Shown piece after piece: positions 1-9,104 of a stretch of DNA of 21,731 nucleotides; the first letter of the stretch is position 1, and every line of letters begins with the position of its first letter. Both the position numbers and the translations under genes were made by a program. The stretch is from positions 1 to 21,731 of the forward strand of contig NW_021823649.1 in NCBI RefSeq assembly GCF_006345805.1. Reading direction: 5' to 3'. Origin of the DNA: Octopus sinensis. Lineage: Eukaryota. Below the pieces are notes generated by a model. The model worked only from the letters and a program-made list of their open reading frames with translations, made no database searches and had not been told where the DNA came from.

Positions 1-160
1 ATCTATGGTATTGAGCAGAATATTTGCTGTAGCCCATCTTTTATACCAAGACAAAAACATGTACATGATAACACTTCCAATCAGTTAAGATCAGAAGCAT
101 GAGAGCCATTGCCTGGTACGGCATCAGGGCATTTATTATTATTATTATTATATTATTATA

Positions 161-202
<42 letters not shown>
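1..202 (+). mobile_element. Probable 3' end of a non-LTR retroelement with a (TTA)n tail, truncated by the window edge
   Basis: Unique sequence ends in CATCAGGGCAT and runs directly into (TTA)n at ~133-202. It resembles an octopus LINE 3' UTR I recall, but this is unverified. Confidence 0.35.
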
Positions 203-203
203 C

Positions 204-420
204 AAGGCGGCGAGCGGGCAGAATCTTTAGCACTGTGGACAAAATGTTTTGCTTTATTTCCTTCAGCCTTACGTTCGTGTATCCAAATGCTGTCGAGGTT
301 GTCTTTGTTTGTCCGTTCGGAGTCGATAAAATATGTACCAGTTAAGCACTAGTATCGATGCAATTGATTAACCCTACCACCGCTGTTTTCCCCTGAAATA
401 GCTAACCTTAGGCCAAAACC
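204..420 (+). mobile_element. tRNA-like SINE, family A (head AAGGCGGCGAGCTGGCAGAA), diverged
   Basis: Shares head, GAGGT..CTTTG, CGG.GTCGATAAAAT..GTACCAG and tail motifs with copies at 6654, 6907, 7126, 8391 and 10862. Confidence 0.8.
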
Positions 421-845
421 TGTAACTATTATTTCATGCAGCTCTGAAAGACAATCTCTGATCGTGTTCCGAATGTGATCCTTTAGCGAGATTCCCAACA
501 TCGATCCTTCCATGGCTCTCTTCGTCAACGGATAGAACTGGGATGAAGGACGTCTGCACAGAATATTACCACGCAAAACTACGAAAAGCTGGTCATGTCA
601 TAAGGCTCACAGACAATCGGTGTACCCGTGCAGTTGTCGAGTGGTACCCGCGCGAACAGAACACACTTTTTGGAAGATCTCCAATCAGATGAGAAGATGA
701 TTTAAGAAAGATGTCTGGAACAACGTGGAGTAGAATGGCGAGAACACTAGGGGAATGGAGCGAATGCTGTGGTCAGCGGAGCCGACTCGGCACCAGACAG
801 TCTGACCGATCAGGTGATTCAAGTGATGAAAGACAGTGATGATGA
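421..845. mobile_element. RTE-clade LINE fragment (RT C-terminus and 3' end) with the 5' part inverted
   Basis: Minus strand ~530 to 421 reads LTKRAMEGSMLGISLKDHIRNTIR..LHEIIVT. Plus strand from 576 reads KLRKAGHVIRLTDNRCTRAVVEWYPRE..GRSPIR*EDDLRKMSGTTW. Both match RTE C-terminal motifs (RAMERxMLGxxxxDxIRN; WAGHVxR; W.PR..R..GRP..RW.DD). Confidence 0.8.
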
Positions 846-1162
846 AGAGAGGAAAAAGTAACTCGTTACTCTTCAATCCATTTTATACGAGTATCCTTCG
901 ATATTTTCCGTGCAATACCTCACTCAGATTTGCTTTGAATGTAATTCATGAAAGAAATGAAGTGTTAAAACATTTTTGCAAGCGTAGATCGTTGAAGTGG
1001 ATATTCGCTTTGAATTTGAGTAGACTGCTATTTAAAATGTACTCAATGTGTATATAACATTCCACTGTGGTAAGTTCCACTGTGGTAAGTATCTTCTGCA
1101 AGAAAACCGAACCGACCTATGCCTTGGTACTAAATTTAGTAGACGAAAACTGTGCAGATGCA

Positions 1163-1396
1163 TGTTTATACATACATACATACAACATACATACATACAT
1201 ACATACATGCATACATACATACATACATACACGCATGCATACATAACATACATGCATACATACATGCATGCACACACACACATACACACACGCATATATA
1301 TATATATATATAGACAGATATATACATACATACACTCACATGCATACATGCACACGCACACACATATATGTACTCACATACATATATATATACATA
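1163..1396. repeat. Compound (CATA)n/(CA)n/(TA)n microsatellite
   Basis: Directly visible. Confidence 0.95.
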
Positions 1397-2581
1397 CAGG
1401 GTGAGGAAGCACAACTTGGAAAATAATAGATAATTCACCAAACTGTTTAATTTACAACCAGTAAACTGACATAAATATAATTTCAACACAAGTTTATAGG
1501 AGTATAAAGAGACAACTTATTCAATATGTCTGCCTTCGTTGTCCACCACAGCCTTCACACGCAGCCGAAGGCGTCACAACTCTTCATAATGAAGTATTCA
1601 GACATGTTGTCCCACTCTTCCTTCAGGACTTGCTTGAGATGATCAAAACTTGGGTGTCGGTAGTGTGCTCCAGTTTGCCCCATATGGCATAGTCCAGTGG
1701 GTTCAAGTCTGGGCTGGAAGAAGGCCAGAAGTTGGCAGGCCGAAAGTCGGTGAAGTTGTCTTTGCAGAATTTCTGCACTTTCTTTCGCCGTATGAGCAGG
1801 AACACCATCTTGAGTCCACATATAATTTCCGTTGGGGTAGTTAGACGTCAGCCAAGACAAAACCTTAAACTGCAGAACTTTATAATAAACTTCTACCTAC
1901 ACCTTTTCTCCAGACTTAAAAAAATGGAGTGGCATCTTTTTTCCGTCAGACACCACGATACCGAGTATCATGACTTGAGCTGGGTGCTTGGTCCTAAAGA
2001 CGCCCTTTACTTCAGAAGGTGACTTAGCAATGTATCGATCATTGCGAAGGTTTAAAACAGCATCAACGATAAAGATTTTTTCATCTGAAAATATTTTGAC
2101 GATTTGTCCATTGTGCTTCAGGTATCGCAACATTTATTTGGCCCTTTCATACCTTCTGCCTTTCATCGCATGGGTCAATAGGTGTCTCAGTGTCCTCACA
2201 TATGATCCTAAATGTAACTAAGTGTGTACAGCATTTCTGAAGGTCTTTGGATCAGCTTTCATGCCCGTGGGCAGTTTTCTCATGGATGTTGTGTTTTTCG
2301 AAATGTTGGCTTTGAAAGATTTAAGAAATGCATTATCCCGTTTTTTTATTTATGAGCCCACTTCCTTACTTTCTCTTGATGCCTCCCATATCCAGCATTT
2401 GGTTCCTAACGTTGCAGACAGTGCTCACTGAGGTCCTGACAGTCACAATAATACGTCTAATTGCAACCTCGGCACAAAGCCAATCTGCGATGCGTTGCCT
2501 CTTGGTTTGTTGAGTGGATATACTAGATCGTATGATCTAGTATGTCTTCCAAAATATTTCAAGTTTTTCTTCCTCACCTTG
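1397..2581 (-). mobile_element. Full-length decayed mariner-like DNA transposon, maT/DD37D type
   Basis: Left TIR CAGGGTGAGGAAGCACAACTTG; right TIR (reverse complement) CAAGGTGAGGAAGAAAAACTTG. TA on both flanks (1395-1396, 2582-2583). Transposase remnant inside. Confidence 0.9.
1517..2521 (-). pseudogene. DD37D (maT-like) transposase pseudogene
   Basis: Reconstructed across stops and frameshifts: (ATA)STQQTKRQRIAD...MRKL..DPKTFRNAVH..RHLLTHAMKGRRYERAK*MLRYLKH..KIFSDEKIF..KHPAQVMILG..WTQDGVPAHTAK/KVQ..FWPSSSPDLNPLDYAIWG..AVVDNEGRHIE*. There are 37 residues between the second and third D after repairing a 1-nt frameshift. Confidence 0.88.
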
Positions 2582-2624
2582 TATATATATATATAAATAA
2601 TATATATATATAGATACATATATA

Positions 2625-3744
2625 CAGGGGTTGGACAAGATAATAGGAGCACCTTAAAATTTAAAAAAATTCAAATTTATTTGAATATGGGGTAGGGCCA
2701 CCTTTGGCAGTAATTACAGCTTAAATTCTACGAGGTATGGACTCATACAAAGTTTGAATTCTTTCGAAAGGAAGTTTTCTACATTTTTCAGCTAAAACAG
2801 TTTCCAGATGGAGGATATCGACACCTTACTTGCTTTTCTAAAATGCACCATAAATGTTCAATAATATTGAGATCTGGGTACTGTGGTGGCCGGATAAGAT
2901 GTTCAACTTCACTAGAATGTTCCTCGTGCCATTCAGTAACAACTTTAGCTGTGTGAATTGGTGCATTATCATCCTGAAAGAATGAATTTCCATTTGGAAA
3001 CAGTTCCGCAACCATAGGATGAATTTGATCAGATAGAATGCTTAAATAGCCTTGACTATTAATTCTGCCATGAAGGGAAACAATTGGGCCGGTGGATTTC
3101 CAAGATATAGCCCCCCACCCCCGCAGATTATCACGGATCCTCCTCCATGTTTAACAGTTGGAAGTTGGCAGTCTGGGTCAGATGCTTCTTTTGGATGTCT
3201 CCACACGTATCCTTGGCCGGTGGTCTGAAATAGGGTAGAGGATGACTCGTCCGAGAAAATAACATTCTTCCACTGCTCTAGGGACCAATTCTGGTTTTTG
3301 CTCCACTCTAAACGCTTTGCAAGGTTTGTTTTTGAAAGTAGGGGTTTTCTCATTGCAGCCCTCCCGTGAAATCCGGCTTTGTGCAGCTCCCGGCAAATAG
3401 TTTTTGTGGAAACTGGCTTCTCGAGGTGGTCATTAAGCTCTGCAGTAATTTTGGGAGCAGTATTTTTGTGATCCTTTCTAACAATTCGCATAAGAGTCCG
3501 ACGGTCCCTATCTGAAAGTTATGGTTTTCTTCCGGAGTTTAGTTTCGACGAGGAAGTTTTTCCCTCTTTCTCAAAGGCTGTCATTAATTTTGAGACAGTA
3601 CTTCTTGATACACCAAACATTTCGGCTGTCTTCATTATGCTAGCGCCTGCCATACAAGCACCAACAATTTGACCTCTTTAAAAGTCCAATGTTCTGTCAT
3701 GATGCTATGATGCTAGGTGTTTCCATTATTTTGCCCAACCTCTG
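2625..3744 (-). mobile_element. Full-length decayed Tc1-family DNA transposon with DD36E spacing
   Basis: 29-bp TIRs: CAGGGGTTGGACAAGATAATAGGAGCACC and (reverse complement) CAGAGGTTGGGCAAAATAATGGAAACACC. TA on both flanks. Length 1120 bp. Confidence 0.92.
2682..3700 (-). pseudogene. Tc1 transposase pseudogene (DD36E)
   Basis: RGQIVGA..AEMFGVSRSTVSK (HTH), SGRKP, VIFSDES, TVKHGGGSV, FFQDDNAPIHTAK, PDLNIIEHLW, AVITAKGGPTPY. Several stops and frameshifts. Confidence 0.92.
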
Positions 3745-3962
3745 TATATATATATATTTACTCATTCTCGAATTTGATGGACATATAGCGGTACGTAAGC
3801 CGACTCAGGAAATCTCTAGTGAGACTTTGCATTGATGTATCCGGAGAGACCCGGAACGAGTCGAAACATGTGTTGTACCTAGTAAAATCTATTACACATT
3901 CCATCTATTTTATTAATACTATATATATTCACATATATGAATGTATAAACATACATTTACAC

Positions 3963-4156
3963 GTATGTATACATGCATACATACACACACACACTCATGT
4001 ACATACATCCATACATACATACATGCATGCATGCATGCATGCATACATACATACATACATACATACATACATACATACATGCATGCATGCATGCATACAT
4101 ACATACATACATACATACATACATACATACATACATACATACATACATACATACAT
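3963..4156. repeat. (TACA)n/(TGCA)n microsatellite
   Basis: Directly visible. Confidence 0.95.
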
Positions 4157-4214
4157 AAAAACAATAAAAATTCAGGAGGTATTAGAAGCGAATATATATA
4201 TTCAGCTACTTACC

Positions 4215-4260
4215 ATCCTTAGACTTACGGTCGTTTCGCAGCCTTCTTCAGGTTGTCATA
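4215..4260 (-). ncRNA. Degenerate minimal hammerhead-like motif (Penelope-type terminus)
   Basis: Minus strand reads CTGAAGA-aggctgc-GAAAC-gacc-GTA-agt. Core order is right, but stems I and II pair poorly. Confidence 0.35.
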
Positions 4261-4456
4261 ATTTCATTGTGGAATGCTTACATGTTTGCATTAATATGCC
4301 TGGTCTGCATTATACACCACAATCGATATTCACAAATCAATGCAAATAATATTACAATCAACACAAATTCTGCAGATGTTTCTTGTTTAGCCAAACTATT
4401 TGTTTTTATCTCAACATGTTTGTTCCTTATAGAACAATGTTACAACTCATTTTTAA

Positions 4457-4952
4457 CCCCCAGGACGACACCACCACCAGCTGGTTAACAACACAATACC
4501 TGTGTCCATTATATTGCAAACAAAGGAGCGAACATATAAAATGCTTAAATAGCCTTGACTATTAATTCTGCCATCGAGGGAAACCATTGGGCCGGTGGAT
4601 TTCCAAGATATAGCCCCCACCCCCGCAGACATCACAGATCCACCTCCATGTTTAACAGTTGGAAGAAGGCAGTCTGTGTTAACTCCCATCCAGCGGTGAC
4701 AGGACCAGTATATCAGAACTGGATTCAAGGTCTTACCCATTCTCAGTACTGGACACCTGTCTGTTAGACATGGCTGTCGTTCGCCCCAGTTCGCAATATA
4801 TGTCTGACATGTCTAGCAGACAGGTGTCCAGTACTGACAAAGGGTAAAACCCTGAAATCAGTTCTGGTCTACTGGTCCTGTCATCGCTGGATGGAGGTGT
4901 TCGCTCCCAGGTATTGTGTCGTTAAGCAGCTGGTGGAGGTGTCCTCTTGGGG
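4457..4952. mobile_element. Foldback MITE with TTAA flanks and CCC...GGG ends (piggyBac-type)
   Basis: TTAA at 4453-4456 and 4953-4956. Right arm 4808-4952 is the inverted complement of left-arm pieces 4457-4502, 4525-4534 and ~4683-4772. Central spacer is 35 nt. Confidence 0.8.
4540..4676 (-). pseudogene. 137-nt internal Tc1 transposase fragment, paralogous to 3037-3175
   Basis: Roughly 90% identical by eye. Encodes DCLLPTVKHGGGSVMSAGVGAISWKSTGPMVSLDGRINSQGYLSIL. Confidence 0.9.
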
Positions 4953-5532
4953 TTAAAAAAGACTAGTACGCAACAACCACGTTAAGGTGGTAACAACCGT
5001 TACTTTTCAGTAGAGTTACTACTTGCATCTCTTATAGAGACTTTAGAACTAGCTACTTTGCTTATTTTTATCGTTAACCAAATAAATATTGTCATTACTA
5101 CGAACGGCAACGAAATGAAATTTATATCAAGATAATTTGAACTTTATATGAGAAGCTGTTGGACTACAATAGTGGTCGCCGTTGTCAGTTTGATGTTAGC
5201 TGCTCATGATGTGCTGCTACCGCCGCCATCCATTGTTCTCTTGATGTGACACCGCTCTGGTCTGCTTACCAGTTCACTGTTACTGTCAGCTGAGTAGTGG
5301 ATATATAGCGATACTCTTGGTCAGAAAAAGCACGCCAAAGATGAAATTGTTATTAGGTCCGGCTCCACATAAAGTCTTGAATGGCCAGCTTTTTTCTTTT
5401 TTTGTCGGTTCTTTTTTGAACGAATCACAACCATGTTCTTTAGTTGATTGTTTTTTCTTTGCGTAGATACAGCGATCCGGGTTCGATTTCTAAGTTGTGC
5501 AATTACTAAATATTCCTGCTACACGTACGTTT

Positions 5533-5610
5533 ATTTACACACACACATACACAGACACACACAGACACACACACAGATACACACATACATACACACACAC
5601 ACACACACAT
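5533..5610. repeat. (CA)n microsatellite
   Basis: Directly visible. Confidence 0.9.
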
Positions 5611-5714
5611 CCCTGTGTAAATAGGTATATGTTTGTATGTATGTATTTGCGTTTGTCTCTCACAAGGTGTAGGTTTGTTTAATAACACACGCACACACAC
5701 TCTAGACATCAAGG

Positions 5715-5960
5715 AGCCGTTTGAGTTCTCTTTTGGGTTTTCTCCGTCCAGTTTCCGGGCGTTTGGCGGGCTGGGTATAGCCTACACCCATGGGAATTTA
5801 AGTGATATGGTGCTCTGCTAAATACTTGTGACTCCGACCGGATGTGTTCAGCGCTGCTTTCTTTCGTTTGTTCATTTGGCTTTTATTCGGTCGAGTGAAG
5901 ATGAAGAAAGAGCCTTACGGAACGGTAGCTTTAAATCGAAAATGCGGTGTGACTTTTGTT
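5715..5960. promoter_or_regulatory. CpG-retaining unique segment, possible promoter or 5' UTR
   Basis: Locally high CpG content. ETS-like TTTCCGG (5752) and CCGGATGT (5838); E2F-like TTTGGCGGG (5762). Motif-level evidence only. Confidence 0.25.
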
Positions 5961-6318
5961 TGAGCGCAAAATGAAGAATGTTCTTTCATTGTAATAATAG
6001 TTTGAATAAAGAAGGGAATCGTTAACGCCTTGTATGCACGGAGCTAAGTACCTTTTGTGTCAGTAGCACCCTCCTTGAATTTCGACTTGGGTCAAGAAGT
6101 AAAAATGTTGGTTTCGAAATATTTTCCGGAAATTGTTTTTAAAATATGAGAAAAATATTCGACTAATGCAATTTCATGAAGTCAGTTCTCACATTGATCT
6201 CCTTTGTACGAGGCTTAAGATGGATGGACTCTTCCTACGAGAGATAGAAATAAAATGAAAAATTAAGCTTGAAATAGCGTATTTGTACGTTTCGCTGGCG
6301 TAATTCTTCTAAAAAAAA

Positions 6319-6478
6319 TGTAGGTAGCTATGTAGTAAGAAGTTTACTTCCAAACCACATGGTTCCTAGTTCAGTCCCATTACGCTGTACCTTGAGCAAA
6401 TATCTTCTACTATAGCCCCCGGCCAACAAAGGCCTTGGGTGTAGATTTTATAGACGGAAACTGTGTGGAAGCCCGTCG

Positions 6479-6523
<45 letters not shown>

Positions 6524-6650
6524 TGTGTGCGTGTGCGTGCGTGTATGTGGATGAGTGGGTGGTTCTTTGTGTTTGTCCCTCACTATTCTTGACAACCAGT
6601 TTCCGCCCCTCAGCACTTCGGCAAAAAATACTGATAGAATAAGTATCAGA
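6319..6650 (+). mobile_element. SINE family B (tRNA-like head, CORE-like ACCTTGGGCAAG box, internal (TG)n), diverged
   Basis: Colinear with the well-preserved copy at 13333-13710. Confidence 0.8.
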
Positions 6651-6653
6651 TTA

Positions 6654-6792
6654 GGGCGACGAGCTGGCAGAAACGTTAGCACGCCGGGCGAAATGCTTAG
6701 CAGTATTTCACCTACCGCTACGTTCTGAGTTCAAATTCCACCGAGGTCGACTTTGCCTTTCATCCTTTCAGGGTCGATAAATTAAGTACCAG
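6654..6792 (+). mobile_element. SINE family A
   Basis: GGCGACGAGCTGGCAGAAACGTTAGCACGCCGGGCGAAATGCTTAG...GAGTTCAAATTCC (B-box-like)...GGGTCGATAAATTAAGTACCAG. Confidence 0.9.
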
Positions 6793-6906
6793 ACTTTAAA
6801 AGAATAAGTACCAGACTTTAGAAAATAATTCCAAAGACTGAGTAAAAGAGAAAAGATAAGTTTTTTTTATGGCATTTGTAATAAAATTTAAATATATTTA
6901 TTCATA

Positions 6907-7104
6907 CGGCGAGCTGGCAGAATCGTTAGCATGACCAACAAAGCATAGTGTCAATCTTTTCGTTCGGAGTTCAAATTACGCCGAGATCAGCTCTACCTTC
7001 GATCTTTTTCGGGGTCGATAAAATAAGTACCAATTGAACACTGGGGTTGACGCAATCGACTTACAGTCTCTCTTGAAATTGCTGGCCTTGTGCCAAAATT
7101 ATAA
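6907..7104 (+). mobile_element. SINE family A
   Basis: Head, B-box-like GAGTTCAAATT and tail GCTGGCCTTGTGCCAAAATT. Confidence 0.85.
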
Positions 7105-7125
7105 TCCAGTATTTGTGTAATAAGT

Positions 7126-7338
7126 AAGGCGGTGACCTGGTGCAATTGTTAGTACGCCAAGCGAAATGTTTAGCGGCATTGCGTCCGTCTTCATGTTCTG
7201 AGTTCAAATTACGCCGAGGTGAACTCTGTCTTCGATCTTTTCGGGGTCGATAAATATGTACCAGTTGAGTACTGTGGGTCGATATAATCGTCTTACCCCT
7301 CCTATAAAACTGCTGTCCTTATGCCAACATTTCAAGCC
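7126..7338 (+). mobile_element. SINE family A
   Basis: Colinear with the other family A copies. Confidence 0.85.
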
Positions 7339-7345
7339 AATCATT

Positions 7346-7565
7346 TCTTTTACTTGTTTCAGTCATTAGACTGCCGCCATGTTGGGGCACCAGGTTGAGG
7401 AATTTTAGTTGAACTGACAGACCCCAGTACTTATTTTCTTTTAAAGCCAGATATTTATTCAATCGGTCTCTTTTGCCAAAACCGTTAAATTAAGAGGACG
7501 TAAACCCGCCAACACCGGTTCTCAAGTGGTAGTGAGAGACAATGACAAAGACATAAACACACGCG
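7346..7565 (-). mobile_element. SINE family B, 3' half
   Basis: Reverse complement of the tail ...GCAGTC.AATGACTGAAACAAGTAAAAG, CGATTGAATAA and GGTTTTGGCAAAAGAGACC. Confidence 0.8.
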
Positions 7566-7629
7566 CATAATACATACATACATACATAATACATACATAC
7601 ATACATACATACATATGTATATATGGGTA

Positions 7630-7765
7630 CCAACAGTAAAAACATTAAATACAAAAACAACGAGAGAAACCAATGGAAAACAGGACAAGTAACATAAAGA
7701 ATGACTCTTCATCAGTTGTCGGCTGTCTATCTACTCCCCATTTTGAGCTTTGAACGACAATATGA
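7630..7765. repeat. Probable interspersed repeat remnant (AAATGGAAAACAGGACAAGTAACATAAAGAA..CTTCATCAGTTGTCGGCTG)
   Basis: Recognised from memory as a common octopus repeat. There is no second copy in the window to confirm it. Confidence 0.3.
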
Positions 7766-8083
7766 GTTTTCGAAGAAAGCTGCTCTCATAAGTACCAAAA
7801 TAAAATTTTGGATTTATGGAAGGCCAAAGTTGGGAACTAAAGCAGGACTGTGGAGACATACAAGGAAACCGAACGAAAAAAATACATGGAGTGTCGTTAG
7901 ACGAGAACGAGGGTAAAATAGGAAACGCTGGGGAAATATTTTCTTTGAAAAGAGAAAGCGAGTGAGAGAGAGAGAGAGAGAAATAGAAAATGATGAAGAG
8001 GAGAAAAAGGATGGAGAAAACTGTTTTCATATTTCATGTTGTTTACTGTTGGTGACGTCCTGTCCCCATATATGCATATGTGA

Positions 8084-8084
<1 letters not shown>

Positions 8085-8116
<32 letters not shown>

Positions 8117-8160
8117 ACATATTATTATTTAATTGAACGACATGCATCCATTTCTAAGTA

Positions 8161-8210
<50 letters not shown>

Positions 8211-8236
8211 ATATAATATATATATATTATATATAC
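8085..8236. repeat. (TG)n/(TA)n microsatellites
   Basis: Directly visible. Confidence 0.9.
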
Positions 8237-8385
8237 ACGACTTTTCTCACTTTCCGCTTACCAATCCACTCAGAAGGCTTTATTCGGCCCAAGGCTATAG
8301 TAGAATACACTTGCCCAAGGTGTCACACAGTGGGAACCCGGAACATCTGGTTGGGAAGTAAACTTCGCATCTGCTTCTCACACAG
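8237..8385 (-). mobile_element. SINE family B, 5' half
   Basis: Reverse complement contains ACACCTTGGGCAAGTGTATTCTACTATAGCCTTGGGCCGA and GAGTGGATTGGTAAGCGGAAA. Confidence 0.85.
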
Positions 8386-8390
8386 GCAAA

Positions 8391-8547
8391 GTCGAAATTC
8401 CGCCGAGGTCGTCTTTGCTTTTCATCCTTTCGGGGTCGATAAATTAAGTACCAGTTATGCACTGGTGTCGACTATAATCGACTTAATCCGTTTGTCTGTC
8501 CTTGTTTGTCCTCTCTGTGTTTAGCCCCTTGTGGGTAGTAAAGAAAT
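8391..8547 (+). mobile_element. SINE family A, 5'-truncated, with alternative tail (GTTTAGCCCCTTGTGGGTAGTAAAGAAAT)
   Basis: AAATTCCGCCGAGGTCG.CTTTGC.TTTCATCCTTTCGGGGTCGATAAATTAAGTACCAG matches family A. Confidence 0.85.
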
Positions 8548-8740
8548 TTATATTAAAATAACAGATGATTCAAGACAAAACAAAAATTGTCTCTGATTAC
8601 CAGCCGAATGAATGAAAACGCGAAATAATGTAGTACTGGAAATTATGGCCCTTTCAGTTATGATGCATTAAAGAACATTCTATATTTACGTATTAAGTTC
8701 GGTAATTTATCGTTTCCCGGCGAATCAACAAAAATTAATC

Positions 8741-8798
8741 CATATATATATACACACACATATACACGCATAGATTTATACGTACGGCACGTATAAGC

Positions 8799-8849
<51 letters not shown>

Positions 8850-8866
8850 TATACATGCATACATAC
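8741..8866. repeat. (TA)n/(TATG)n microsatellite
   Basis: Directly visible. Confidence 0.9.
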
Positions 8867-9091
8867 AGAATGGGGAACGTATTCATTGAGAAGAACGGCG
8901 TTCCCGCCTGCCTGCCTTACTGACTGCTTTGCCTGACTGTCAGTTATAAAATGTCGGCTGCTCCAATGAATTATTGATTTAAGCGGCAATGTAAAGCGAT
9001 GTCTTATCCAATTTAATTAACTTCTCATTAGTACAGTCTCTCCCTCCCACTGTGTTTCGTTAATTATCATCAGCTTCGTTGCCTAGCGACA

Positions 9092-9104
9092 AGGTCAAAG
9101 TTCA
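9092..9104 (+). promoter_or_regulatory. Nuclear-receptor DR1-like element AGGTCA-A-AGTTCA
   Basis: Exact motif in unique, non-repetitive sequence. Function untested. Confidence 0.3.

Noticed and set aside
1061-1090. 15-bp tandem duplication TCCACTGTGGTAAGT x2 giving two strong donor-like GTAAGT sites
   Set aside because: The upstream acceptor is weak and the short peptide (DCYLKCTQCVYNIPLW) is unrecognised, so an exon cannot be supported.
3830-3880. Hammerhead-like TTGATGT...CCGG/CCGG...CGAAACATGT
   Set aside because: The core deviates at A9, stem II is out of register and no stem I is evident. It may be a decayed Penelope end but cannot be called.
5148-5249. 33-aa plus-strand ORF with a signal-peptide-like start (MRSCWTTIVVAVVSLMLAAHD)
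   Set aside because: It ends in an early stop, has no convincing donor and could easily arise by chance.
6280-6315. Minus-strand TAGAAGA...GAAACGTA resembling a hammerhead
   Set aside because: The invariant U4 is lost and no stems form.
8658-8701. Possible 44-nt exon (CCCTTTCAG|...|GTAATT; YDALKNILYLRIKF)
   Set aside because: Splice-like dinucleotides are frequent in AT-rich DNA, and there is no homology or compatible neighbouring exon.
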